A stretch of 64,000 nucleotides of DNA from an uncultured delta proteobacterium (GTDB taxonomy: Bacteria > Myxococcota_A > Polyangia > Polyangiales > Polyangiaceae), in contig CAWJCS010000006.1 in assembly GCA_963841435.1 (NCBI GenBank), positions 1,120,001 to 1,184,000 of the forward strand, read 5' to 3'. The notes under the pieces were generated by a model that had not been told where the DNA came from, made no database searches, and saw only the letters and a list, made by a program, of their open reading frames with translations. The first letter of the stretch is position 1. Each line of letters begins with the position of its first letter. Below are positions 47,874 through 57,019 of the stretch, piece after piece. Made by a program: the position numbers and the translations under genes.

Positions 47874-49388
47874 TCACCCGGAGCGCAGGTTCGAGTGGCC
47901 CGGATCCGAGGACGCCAGCGACTGCTCGCGTGCGTCCAGGTTGGGAGCGGCCTCAGCGTGGCCCGCGCGCCCGCGGCGAGAAAGCGGGTGTGCGACGAAC
48001 AGAACGTCAACCAGGACGTTGACGAGCAACACCGCCCCGGACGTTGCAGCGAGCCTCAGAAGCACGCCCACGAGCAGGCCGTGGCGGCCGAGCTCCATGG
48101 CGTCGCCGTGAAAGCAAACGTAAACCTGCGAGACGGAAGCAAGCGCGAGGTAGACGACGAGCGCTCCGAGCGCGCGGTGTCGTCGACGCAGGATCACTGC
48201 CCCAGCCGCTCCGAACGCACTCAGTGCGATGCATGCCGAAAGAGGGTAGTCGGCCATCACCGTCTTCGTCGCCCAGTCGTTGAGCTCCTTCGATGTCGAA
48301 AGCGTGGGCCGCCGCGCGAACCCTCGAAACCGTTCGGACGCGAAGCGCGGGAAGTGCGCGTACGCTTTCTGGAGCGTGCGGGTCGGGTGGGTGACGAGAT
48401 AGCGCTGGTAGCCGGTGTAACCGCGCTCGACGAGCCAGGCTCGGAAAGCGGCCAGATCGGGCGATCGTCCGGCAAACCACCTGTCCGACGATGCCCACTT
48501 CCTACGCCGGGAGAGCAGCGCGGCGTTCACGGGCATCGCGAGCTCTCTCTCGAAATACTTGCGGTCGTGGCGGTCTGGCAGCACCCGCCGGAAGATGATG
48601 TTCATCAGTGGAACGCGGTAGCGTTTTCCCGCCTGGACGTTGGCGTTGGAAAAAAGAGCGATCGCCAGGAAGCAGGCAGCGAGCACACCGAGCTCGACGA
48701 CGACGCGTTGCGACCGCGGGAGCGGCGGAAGCAGCAAGAATGGCGCCGCGGCGAGCAATAGGAAAGCATTGGTGTCTCGCGAGAAGGCGGCGAACAGGGC
48801 GCTCAGCACGGCTGCGACCAGCCACAAGAGCGGGCGCTTGCTTGCGACGCTGCGAGAGCGCCCGGTCGCGTAGCCGAGCGTTGCCGCGCAGGTGAGGGCC
48901 AGGAACGACAACGACAGCGATTCGCTCCGGATGACGGCATCCCACCCGTGCACGCTGCTCGTGAGCGCGAAGCCGAGCAAAAGGACGAGCGCAAGGGCTC
49001 GGGCCGCGAATGATCGCGCGAGCCCCGCGACGGCGACCGCGAAGAGCGCCCACGAGAGCGCGCCGAGCAAACACTGAAACCAGATCACCCGCTCGTCGGA
49101 AAACCCGAGCAGCTTGTTGACGAGCGGCAGGACGAACGGCCGTGTGCTTGCCCAGAAGCTCCGGCTCGCAAGCGAGTTTTCGCCGATTTTTGCCCAGATT
49201 CTGTGATCCCCCGTGTAGACCGGGCGTTCGTGCCAGAACCACGAAATTTTGAGCGCGACGAACGTCAGAAGCAGGGCAACCGCGCCGATTCGTGAGGCGT
49301 GACCGAGCCGACTCCGCGCCCCCCGGGAGCCGAGCGCCCATCCCCGACCGTGCAGGAAGACGAGCTCCGACGGTACCACCGCGCCCAC
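47874..49388 (-). CDS. Polytopic membrane protein, GT-C/ArnT-like topology (tentative)
   Basis: About 10-12 hydrophobic segments, large loop, YTGD / RPFVLP / IRSESL motifs reminiscent of GT-C enzymes; start uncertain (49379-49388). Confidence 0.55.
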   Translation of the reverse strand: MGAVVPSELVFLHGRGWALGSRGARSRLGHASRIGAVALLLTFVALKISWFWHERPVYTGDHRIWAKIGENSLASRSFWASTRPFVLPLVNKLLGFSDERVIWFQCLLGALSWALFAVAVAGLARSFAARALALVLLLGFALTSSVHGWDAVIRSESLSLSFLALTCAATLGYATGRSRSVASKRPLLWLVAAVLSALFAAFSRDTNAFLLLAAAPFLLLPPLPRSQRVVVELGVLAACFLAIALFSNANVQAGKRYRVPLMNIIFRRVLPDRHDRKYFERELAMPVNAALLSRRRKWASSDRWFAGRSPDLAAFRAWLVERGYTGYQRYLVTHPTRTLQKAYAHFPRFASERFRGFARRPTLSTSKELNDWATKTVMADYPLSACIALSAFGAAGAVILRRRHRALGALVVYLALASVSQVYVCFHGDAMELGRHGLLVGVLLRLAATSGAVLLVNVLVDVLFVAHPLSRRGRAGHAEAAPNLDAREQSLASSDPGHSNLRSG

Positions 49389-49418
49389 ACTACCACTTTG
49401 GGCCAAACGTGACGGACG

Positions 49419-49445
49419 CAACCGCCTCCTTCGCCGTGCCGATGG
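49419..49445 (+). promoter_or_regulatory. Candidate sigma28 (FliA/WhiG)-type promoter for the small Cys-rich gene cassette
   Basis: CAAC-N15-GCCGATGG versus consensus TAAA-N15-GCCGATAA; spacing correct, -35 weak. Confidence 0.35.
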
Positions 49446-49491
49446 GACGGGTGCCTCGGCCCAACCTTCCCGGCCGGGCCAGGAGACCACC

Positions 49492-49887
49492 ATGCCCGAG
49501 AACAACATTTGCGCCATCACCTGCTCCGCACCGCCGAGCTACGGCGAGGTCGAGTCGCCGCCGCCTCCAGCGCCCGAAACGCTGATGTGCGTGGCGCAAC
49601 GAGCGGAGGGCGACGACGGAGTCGGCGGCCGAGGCGCGGACGCGCTCGTCGAGCGTTTCAACGAGGGTGGCGGCGGCGGTGCAGCCGGCGCGCCCCAGGG
49701 TCCGGAGCACGAGCCCAGCAAGTGTTGGGACGACGCGGTGCGCGCCCTCAGCACCTGCGGGAAGGCGATCCTGAGCGCCAAGAAGGGCGGTCCCGTCGCC
49801 ATGATCCTGGAAGGCATCAGCTGCGTCGGCAACGTCATGGGCACCGCCGAATGCTTCGAGAAGGAGCGCGCTGGCCGCGCGCGCTGA
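49492..49887 (+). CDS. Hypothetical Cys-rich protein, 131 aa (low-complexity N-half, C-terminal Cx10C...Cx9C helical hairpin)
   Basis: Strong SD AGGAG before ATG; GC3-biased codons; 7 Cys. Confidence 0.75.
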   Translation: MPENNICAITCSAPPSYGEVESPPPPAPETLMCVAQRAEGDDGVGGRGADALVERFNEGGGGGAAGAPQGPEHEPSKCWDDAVRALSTCGKAILSAKKGGPVAMILEGISCVGNVMGTAECFEKERAGRAR

Positions 49888-49902
49888 AGGCGAGGGCATG
49901 CC

Positions 49903-50130
49903 ATGAGCGTCATGAGCTGGCTGAGGCAGACGCTGACGGTCTCGTACTGGCTTTGCGCCGTCACGAGCCTCGTCTCGACCTACGTTCCCCTGGGGGTTCG
50001 CAAATGGGACGAGCACCTCGCCGAGCGTGCGCGTGAAACGTGCCGCCGCGTCTCCGGGGTCGCGGTCGTCTCGGCAGACGGCGTGGTGTCCTGCTCGCCG
50101 GGCCCCGCGCTCTCCGTGAGGGCGCCGTGA
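49903..50130 (+). CDS. Small hypothetical protein, 75 aa, N-terminal hydrophobic helix + two-Cys C-terminal loop
   Basis: GAGGG before ATG; GTGA overlap with next ORF; motif similarity to next ORF. Confidence 0.6.
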   Translation: MSVMSWLRQTLTVSYWLCAVTSLVSTYVPLGVRKWDEHLAERARETCRRVSGVAVVSADGVVSCSPGPALSVRAP

Positions 50131-50342
50131 AGCTCTTCTTCTGGCGCGGCGACCCGCGCGTCGAGGCGCTCTTCTCGGCCTTCTGCTGGTACGTGACGGC
50201 CATGAACGGCTACCTCGCCGTCACGCAAACGCGCGCGAGCTTCGAGAGGACCGCGGCGGCTCAGGCGGCCCGATTGACCTGCGAAGCGACCGGGGGCCTC
50301 TATGAAGGCGGCCTGGACGGCCGGGGCGTCTGCCATCGTTGA
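50127..50342 (+). CDS. Small hypothetical protein, 71 aa, probable paralog of the preceding ORF
   Basis: GTG start overlapping upstream TGA; ARLTCEATGG...DGRGVC versus ARETCRRVSG...DGVVSC. Confidence 0.6.
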   Translation: MKLFFWRGDPRVEALFSAFCWYVTAMNGYLAVTQTRASFERTAAAQAARLTCEATGGLYEGGLDGRGVCHR

Positions 50343-50351
50343 GGCGAGCCG

Positions 50352-52610
50352 CTAGGGATCCAGCGCGATGTCGGCCACGTCGCTGCCGAGGTGGCCGAGG
50401 CGTTGCACCTTCAGACGATCGCTTGCGATCGAATACACGAGCTCATCGAGGAAGAGGCTGCGCTTGACCAGGCTCGTCGCGTTCGACCACCAGGTGGAGC
50501 AACCCACGCCGGCCTTGCCGTGGTCGATACCGCCGAGCCGCTCGAAGCCCCGCTCGATATCGACGCGGTAGACGAGCAGCCCACTGAACGAGAGCTCGTT
50601 GCCGTTCGTGCCGTCGCCGCCACCTTTGCAGATCGTCATGGGCAGGGCGAGCAGCCCGCGCTCGGCGAAGTAGTTGAAGGCGAGGTGGTTCGTGGCGGCC
50701 TCCGAGCTCGAGCCGCGCGTGCCGATCTTTTCTTTGTGAAGAAGCCGCGGCTCCATCGGGTTTTTCACGTCGAAGAGCTGCAGGATCAGCCCGTCGAAGT
50801 AGGCGAAGCTTCCGTGGTCGTCGGCGTCGAAGCCGATCGAGAGCAAGTGGGTCGCGTCGAGGCGGTGAATGTAGCTCGAAAACCCTGGGATCTTGAGCTC
50901 GCCGAGCACGCGTGGGGCGTCCGGTCGATACAGGTCGAGCACGAACAGCGGGTCGGTCTTCTTGAAGGTGACGACGTAGCCGCGCTCCTCGTCGAAGCGC
51001 ACGGAGCGGATGTCCTCGCCTTTCCCGAGCCCCTCGACGGCGCCCACGCGCACGAGATTGCCGCCCGGTGCTTCCGCGAGGATCGACACGGCGCTCTCGA
51101 CGTTCGGGTCCGGAACGCGGCCGCGCGTCGTCGCGATGCGAAGGTACCCGTAGTACTGGTCCATCGCGAATTGATTGAGCACGTGGCCCGGCACGACACC
51201 GCTGCCGACGTAGCGCGTCGCGGCGGGGCGCTCGCCGATGCGAAACTTGTGCACGTCGCTCACCTCGTCGACGCTCGGGTAAAAGGAGTACCAGCCGCGC
51301 CCGGCGCGACGCCCGGAGCCGCCGCGCTGGTGGGTCACCGAGAGGTAGAGCGCGTCCGCGGAGGCGAACACCGCTCCCGGACGGCTCATCACGGTGGCGG
51401 TGGTGGCGGGTGCGCCGTCGTCCTTCATGTCGAACGAAACGAGCGTCGTGAACGCGCTGCCGTCGTCGATCGCCGAGGTGAGCAGGTGGTTGCAGAGCGG
51501 CGTCTCCACGCCGTGGTCCCACAGGGTGGGGATAGCGCTCGTGGCACGGATTTTCCGCTCGTTTTCCCGCTCGAGCTCGGCGAAGCGTTGCCTCACGCGC
51601 GCCTCCTTCGTGCCGCACATCTCGAGTCCCTGGGGCCAGGTGTCGTAGATGGGCGCGTCGCCGTCGCCGTCGCTCACGACGGTGTGCACGGCGTCGCCGA
51701 TGCGGCGCGCCGCGATGAACGACCCGGACAGGCGAATCTCACGCGTGAGCCGTGGCGCCTCGCGCTTCTCCACGTCGAAAACGAGGATCTTGGTCCGGGT
51801 GCCGTCACCGGCGAACGTACAATCGTAGCCGTAGGTGCAGGGCTCCCTCGCGTTGCCGCCGTCGCTCGTGTAGACGACGGCGCGGTCGCCCTCGAGAAAG
51901 AGGTCGCGCACGCTGCCGCCAAGCTTCGTGACGGAGACGACGCGCGGCGAGAGCGCCTCGACGATGCGCAGGGCGCCGTTCATCACCAGGTACACGTAGC
52001 GGCCGTCGGTCTTGACGATGTCGGCCTCGTCGACGCTCGCGACCTGGTTGTTCGTGCCGGACGCGCTTGCCGCCTTGCGCGGGCCCACGGCGGCGCCGTA
52101 GCCGACCGTGCCGAGCGTACCGAGCCCGACGCCCTCACCGTAGCCGCCTCCGCCCTCGCCGATCCCGGAAAGCCCGAGCCCACCCGAGCCGTAGCTCTCG
52201 CCAATATCTTGGAACTGTAGCCAACATGTTGGCTGCTCGTTCGCCCAGTTGCGGAACGACTCCTTGAGCTCTTCACGCATGCGCCGGATGCGCTCCGTTG
52301 CGATTCTCGCGCGCGTCGCCGCGAGGTCGCTGCACGATGCCGTCGCGAGCCGTGCTTCGGCGAGTGCCGCCGTCGGCTCACCGGGCCGTGCGAGCGTGAC
52401 GACCGGGGGCGGCGGGAGCGGAGCCGGCGCGACGGCGGGCGTCGCCTTTCGTGGCACGGCGCCCGGGGTATTGGGCGCCCGTGCGCCTGCCTGCGCAACG
52501 CCCGAGCCAGGGGGCGCACCCTGCGCCCGGGGGAGCGCGTTGCAGGCAGCCGTGCCGATGAAAGACAAAGCAAGGGCGAGCGCGCCCCGAGCGCGGTGTG
52601 AAGCCATCAT
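50352..52610 (-). CDS. Secreted beta-propeller domain lipoprotein (Beta_propel family)
   Basis: Lipobox GTAAC; SGTNNQVASVDEADIVKTDG, GHVLNQFAMD...LRIATT, GEDIRSVRF, VVTFKKTDPLFVLDL, GELKIPGFSSYIH. Confidence 0.88.
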   Translation of the reverse strand: MMASHRARGALALALSFIGTAACNALPRAQGAPPGSGVAQAGARAPNTPGAVPRKATPAVAPAPLPPPPVVTLARPGEPTAALAEARLATASCSDLAATRARIATERIRRMREELKESFRNWANEQPTCWLQFQDIGESYGSGGLGLSGIGEGGGGYGEGVGLGTLGTVGYGAAVGPRKAASASGTNNQVASVDEADIVKTDGRYVYLVMNGALRIVEALSPRVVSVTKLGGSVRDLFLEGDRAVVYTSDGGNAREPCTYGYDCTFAGDGTRTKILVFDVEKREAPRLTREIRLSGSFIAARRIGDAVHTVVSDGDGDAPIYDTWPQGLEMCGTKEARVRQRFAELERENERKIRATSAIPTLWDHGVETPLCNHLLTSAIDDGSAFTTLVSFDMKDDGAPATTATVMSRPGAVFASADALYLSVTHQRGGSGRRAGRGWYSFYPSVDEVSDVHKFRIGERPAATRYVGSGVVPGHVLNQFAMDQYYGYLRIATTRGRVPDPNVESAVSILAEAPGGNLVRVGAVEGLGKGEDIRSVRFDEERGYVVTFKKTDPLFVLDLYRPDAPRVLGELKIPGFSSYIHRLDATHLLSIGFDADDHGSFAYFDGLILQLFDVKNPMEPRLLHKEKIGTRGSSSEAATNHLAFNYFAERGLLALPMTICKGGGDGTNGNELSFSGLLVYRVDIERGFERLGGIDHGKAGVGCSTWWSNATSLVKRSLFLDELVYSIASDRLKVQRLGHLGSDVADIALDP

Positions 52611-52685
52611 GCCAATCGTGACACCCTGCCGGGCCCGGAGTTCCAGGCTCCGTCGGCAGCGCGAACGTGCGCCGATGTGGGACGC

Positions 52686-53072
52686 TCACGATCGCGCCGA
52701 AAGCTCGGCGACGAGCCGAGCGTTGGCCGGGGGAAAATCCAAACAGGAAAGCTCCGCCGTCGTCACCCAGCGAAGCTCGTCCACCTCGCGGGTCTCGCCG
52801 TCACCCTCGACCCAGTCGCAGTCGACGGGATGAAGCCGCACGCGTCGCTCGGGGTAGTCCCAATCGATCGGCTGTCGCACGGCGCGGGCGCGTGCGACGA
52901 CGCCCGTCTCTTCCTCGACCTCGCGCATCGCCGCCGCGAGCGCCGTTTCACCCGGGCCGAGCTTGCCCCCTGGAAACTCCCAGTGTCCGCCGAGGTGTGT
53001 CCCCGCGCGTCGCCGCGTGACGAGCAGCCGCTCGCCCCGCCACACGAGCGCGATGGCGACCTCGACGATCAT
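52686..53072 (-). CDS. mutT: 8-oxo-dGTP diphosphatase (MutT/NudG-like)
   Basis: [18 protein letters not shown]...[19 protein letters not shown] overlap with mutY stop. Confidence 0.88.
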   Translation of the reverse strand: MIVEVAIALVWRGERLLVTRRRAGTHLGGHWEFPGGKLGPGETALAAAMREVEEETGVVARARAVRQPIDWDYPERRVRLHPVDCDWVEGDGETREVDELRWVTTAELSCLDFPPANARLVAELSARS

Positions 53073-54154
53073 GCGCGCTCCCCCTCGGTAGCGACGAGCC
53101 GCGCCAGCCTGCGGTGCGGCGACGGCATGGCAAGCTCGGAGAACTCCTCGAGCTCGTGAAACGCATACCGCACGCGCGGTCGCCCGCGAACCACGGTGGC
53201 CTCGTGCGCTTCGAGCGTGATGTGATGGCGGGTGATCGTGTGCTCGAGGCGAGCCATCCTTGCGCCGACGCGCACGCTGAGCCCCGCCTCGCGCGCCGCG
53301 CGCTGCGCCCCGGCCTCGGGCGTCTCACCCCGCGCGAGCTCGACGAACGGAAACGTAAAGAGCCCCGCCCAGCGCGGCGCGTCTCGCGGCTGCTCGGCGA
53401 CGAGCACCGCCGAACGCCGGCGCACGATGACGGCCGCCGTGCGCACGGCCGTCGGTGCGGCTCGTGCAGCGAGCTCGGGCAAACGCTCGACGAGGCCGTC
53501 GCGCTTGGCGGCGCAGCGCCGCGAGACCGGGCAGCGTTCGCAGGCCGGCGCACGCGGCGTGCACACCGTGGCGCCGAGCTCCATGAGCGCCTGATTGAAA
53601 TCACCGGGACGCGCCGCCGGCACGAGCTCGCGTGCGAGCGCCCAGAGTCGCGCCTTGAGCGGCGCGCGCGCCGGATCGCCGCGCAGCCCGAACAGCCTCG
53701 TCAGCACGCGGACGACGTTTCCGTCCACGACCGGCTCTCGCTCCCCGAACGCGATGCTCGCGACCGCACCCGCCGTGTACGCGCCGAGGCCCGGCAAGCG
53801 TTCGAGCTCTTCGCGCGTCGCCGGCAGCCGCCCGCCGTGCTGCATTTCGAGGGCTTTCGCCGCGGCATGCAGCCGCCGCGCTCGCGCGTAGTAGCCGAGC
53901 CCCTGCCAGGCGTGCAAAACGTCCCGCTCCGGTGCGCGCGCGAGCGCCCCGACGTCCGGGAAGCGGCGCATCCACTCCCCGTAATAGCGGAGCACGGTGG
54001 TGACCTGCGTCTGCTGGAGCATTACCTCGCTGACGAGCACGGCGTACGGGTCCCGCGTATCTCGGAAGGGGAGCTTTCGCGCGTGGCGATCATAGAAGCG
54101 AAGCAAGCTCCGGCGGAGCTCGCCGTGGAGCGCGTCGTAGGGAGGTCGGCGCAA
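53069..54154 (-). CDS. mutY: A/G-specific adenine glycosylase
   Basis: [76 protein letters not shown] (4Fe-4S); TTG start. Confidence 0.96.
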   Translation of the reverse strand: MRRPPYDALHGELRRSLLRFYDRHARKLPFRDTRDPYAVLVSEVMLQQTQVTTVLRYYGEWMRRFPDVGALARAPERDVLHAWQGLGYYARARRLHAAAKALEMQHGGRLPATREELERLPGLGAYTAGAVASIAFGEREPVVDGNVVRVLTRLFGLRGDPARAPLKARLWALARELVPAARPGDFNQALMELGATVCTPRAPACERCPVSRRCAAKRDGLVERLPELAARAAPTAVRTAAVIVRRRSAVLVAEQPRDAPRWAGLFTFPFVELARGETPEAGAQRAAREAGLSVRVGARMARLEHTITRHHITLEAHEATVVRGRPRVRYAFHELEEFSELAMPSPHRRLARLVATEGERA

Positions 54155-54201
54155 GGCGACGCGAGGGTAATTTTACTGCTGGCGGAAGGCTACCCCGCGT
54201 G
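54136..54201 (+). repeat. Imperfect direct repeat, left copy (att-like), overlapping the mutY start
   Basis: CGTAGGGAGGTCGGCGCAAGGCGACGCGAGGGTAATTTTACTGCTGGCGGAAGGCTACCCCGCGTG; about 11 differences over 68 columns versus 55739-55805 by manual alignment. Confidence 0.85.
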
Positions 54202-54262
54202 TAAACATCCGTGGCCGCTACACGAGCGACGCCACCGAGCGAGCCGTTCTCAGAACGACACC

Positions 54263-55338
54263 ATGAGCCGCGACCGCCGAAGCACGAAGCGCCTGCTCGT
54301 TACGGGATCATCCGGCCTGATCGGGTCGGAGGTGACCACGTATTTCGCGGCGCAGGGCTGGGAGGTCCACGGTGCCGACAACAACGGCCGCGCGCTGTTC
54401 TTCGGGCCGAAGGGCGACACGCGCTGGAACCAAGTCGCGGCTGGTGGCCGACAATCCGAGGGTTTTCCCACCACGAGGTCGACATTCGCGACCGAGCCGC
54501 CGTGCTCGCGTTGCTGGAGGCCGTGCAGCCCGACGCCGTCGTGCACACCGCCGCCCAGCCGTCCCACGATCTCGCGGCCAGCATGCCGTTCGAGGATTTC
54601 GACACCAACGCCGTGGGCACCCTGAACGTCGTCGAGGCCATGCGTCGGTTCACGCCCGAGGCACCACTCGTGCACCTCTCGACCAACAAGGTCTACGGCG
54701 ACGCGCCCAACGAGCTGCCGCTCGTCGAGCAACAAACCCGCTGGGAGTACGCCCGGCCCGAGGATCGCGGCGGCATCGCCGAGACCATGCGCATCGATCG
54801 CTCCAAGCACTCGCTCTTCGGCGCGTCCAAGGTGGCGGCCGACATCGTCGTGCAGGAGTACGGCCGCTACTTCGGCATGAAGACCTGCTGCCTCCGAGGC
54901 GGCTGCCTGACGGGGCCCAACCACTCGGGCGTGGAGCTCCACGGTTTTCTCTCGTACCTCGTCCGCTGCAACGTGGCCGGGGATCGCTACACCGTCTACG
55001 GGTACAAGGGGAAACAGGTGCGCGACAACATCCACGCCCTCGACGTCGCGCGCTTCGCTCACGCCTTCATCGAGAAGCCGCGATCGGGTGAAGTCTACAA
55101 CCTCGGGGGAGGTCGCGAGAACTCCTGCTCCATCCTCGAAGCGTTCTCGCTAGCGGAGCAGGTCTCCGGCAAGAAGATGGTCCACGACTACGTGGAGCAG
55201 AACCGGGAAGGGGACCACATCTGCTACATCAGCGACCTCTCGAAGATGAAGGCGCACTATCCGGGCTGGGGGATCACGAAAAGTCTCGTCAACATCTTCG
55301 ACGAGATCCATCGGTCCTGGAGGGCGCGCCTTGCGTGA
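54263..55338 (+). CDS. NAD-dependent epimerase/dehydratase (CDP-paratose 2-epimerase-like); two apparent frameshifts at 54434-54455
   Basis: [58 protein letters not shown]. Confidence 0.88.
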
Positions 55339-55564
55339 GGCGGCGGATCCCGGGGCGTATCGCCAGCTCCTCATGATCAACGAGTACCCGCCCTCCACCG
55401 TGGCAGGGGCTCCCGTGATCGCCCGACAGCTGCTCCGCTATTATCCGCCCGAGAAGCTCGACGTGGTCTGCTGCGCCTCCTGGTACAATCGAGCCACGCC
55501 CACGGTCCGCGAGACGACTACGCGTGCGAGTAGGCGATGCAAAGCCGGCCGGGGCGCGCGCTAA
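55331..55564 (+). pseudogene. Truncated glycosyltransferase (GT4-like N-terminus only)
   Basis: LLMINEYPPSTVAGAPVIARQLL...LDVVC resembles a GT-B N-terminus; overlaps the epimerase stop; similarity is lost after about 60 codons and no continuation is visible in other frames. Confidence 0.55.
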
Positions 55565-55738
55565 GTGCCGAGCTCGGGTCCCCCGAAGGTCGCCTCGCCG
55601 AACGGAGGGTCCGCAGGGGGGCAGCAGGCAGCCGGGATCTCCCGGGTCCAGGTGAGCGAGAGGCTCATCCCGGAGACAGTGCTGGGCTCGGGGCTCCTGT
55701 TCGGTGAGCAGTACGTGCCCGTGCTGCTCGCATCTCGG

Positions 55739-55805
55739 CGTAGGGGCGGTCTCGCAAGGGGGCGCGAGGGTTAATTTTGCTAGTGGCGGAAAGCTACCCC
55801 GCGTG
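55739..55805 (+). repeat. Imperfect direct repeat, right copy (att-like), 5 bp before the next gene
   Basis: CGTAGGGGCGGTCTCGCAAGGGGGCGCGAGGGTTAATTTTGCTAGTGGCGGAAAGCTACCCCGCGTG; shares an identical 13-bp end GCTACCCCGCGTG with the left copy. Confidence 0.85.
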
Positions 55806-55810
55806 AGAGC

Positions 55811-56947
55811 ATGACGCTTCGCACGATGGCGGCTCCGCTCGTCGTTTCCCTGGACGCAATCCGCACCGACGGCTGGTTCGAGCGGGTGGGCGAGGGGATC
55901 GGTAGCTTTCAGGCGCTCTGCGAGATCGTCGGCGCGCGGTTTTTTGCGTTCGCCATGATCACGGGCGCCCGCATCACGTCGCTCACGGTCGACCGGCGCG
56001 TCCCCGAAAATACGCTGGTCGAGTTCGCCGTGGGTGCGGACGAGGACGCAGGCGTCGCCGGTGAGCCGCAGCGGCTCTCGCTCGGGGAGTTCCGGCATCG
56101 TCTCGTGAATGCGCTCGTCATCGACGAGCCACACGGCCCCGCGCCCAAGCGGGCGACCGACCTCGAGGCCGTGCAGCTGCACATCGGCGTCCGCTACCTC
56201 TTGCTCGCGCCGCTCTATGGCTACGCGCTGCACGAGCTCCGCGTCGGCCCCGACGGCACGCAGATCGTCCTTTTGCACGATGGCATCGAGGAAAGCTACC
56301 CGCTGCCCGCGTTTCGGGCGCGGATCCGCACCCACGTGCGCGAAGAGCTCGAGCGCATTCGCAGGCCCGCGGCCCGCAGCGCCATCGATCTCGGGCGCGT
56401 CGCCGAGGCCGCCGAAGCCGCAGAGCACGGGGAGCACGTTCGCGTGCTCGAGCTGCTTGGCCCGTGGCCCGCCCCGCTGGCCATCTTCCTTCGCACCCCC
56501 GAGGGGCAGCTTTTGAACCCCGACGCCCGCGCCACGATCGCCAAGGGGCTCGGTCTGCTCGGCAGCTCCTGCATCGCGCTCGGCGAGAACGGCAAGGGCG
56601 AGGAGATCCTGCGGCTCGGCATTCAGTACGCCGCCGAAGGGGAGGCGGCTCCGGACCTCTTCCTGCGCCTCGGCGAAGCCATGTTCGGCGATGGGCGCGC
56701 CGGTGAGGCGATTGGGCCGTTGCGTCGCGCCGCGAACCTCGGCGCCGAGCCGGCGCGGGTCTGGGCGATGCTCGCGAGGGCGTTCTCGACGCGCCGCCGC
56801 CACCTCGCAGCGCTCGGCGCCGTGCTCGAGGCCCGCGCTGCCGGCGCCTCCGAGGAGGAGCTCGAGGACGTCGTCGAGCGCGTTCGGGAAACCCTGGGCG
56901 GTGCCTACGAACGCTGGCAAGCCGCGCTCGGCACCGCGGCCGAATAG
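55811..56947 (+). CDS. Hypothetical protein with C-terminal TPR-like repeats
   Basis: 378-aa ORF with host-like codon usage; LFLRLGEAMFGDGRAGEAIGPLRRAANL TPR-like helices. Confidence 0.75.
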   Translation: MTLRTMAAPLVVSLDAIRTDGWFERVGEGIGSFQALCEIVGARFFAFAMITGARITSLTVDRRVPENTLVEFAVGADEDAGVAGEPQRLSLGEFRHRLVNALVIDEPHGPAPKRATDLEAVQLHIGVRYLLLAPLYGYALHELRVGPDGTQIVLLHDGIEESYPLPAFRARIRTHVREELERIRRPAARSAIDLGRVAEAAEAAEHGEHVRVLELLGPWPAPLAIFLRTPEGQLLNPDARATIAKGLGLLGSSCIALGENGKGEEILRLGIQYAAEGEAAPDLFLRLGEAMFGDGRAGEAIGPLRRAANLGAEPARVWAMLARAFSTRRRHLAALGAVLEARAAGASEEELEDVVERVRETLGGAYERWQAALGTAAE

Positions 56948-57019
56948 GAGCTCGTTGGGCGGGTGCCGGCAGGGCGCCGGTGCCATTTCGCCCCCCCTGC
57001 GCGCTCGGCCCCCCGCCGA

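Larger units (their letters stand above)
54136..55805. mobile_element. Probable decayed genomic islet bounded by ~66-bp imperfect direct repeats
   Basis: Repeat pair brackets a sugar epimerase, a truncated glycosyltransferase and an orphan fragment; no integrase recognised. Confidence 0.55.

Noticed and set aside
54136..55805. Repeat pair as integron attC sites, dif/pdif sites or a mini-CRISPR
   Set aside because: No RYYYAAC/GTTRRRY boxes, no XerC/D consensus, only two copies 1.6 kb apart, no integron integrase or cas genes
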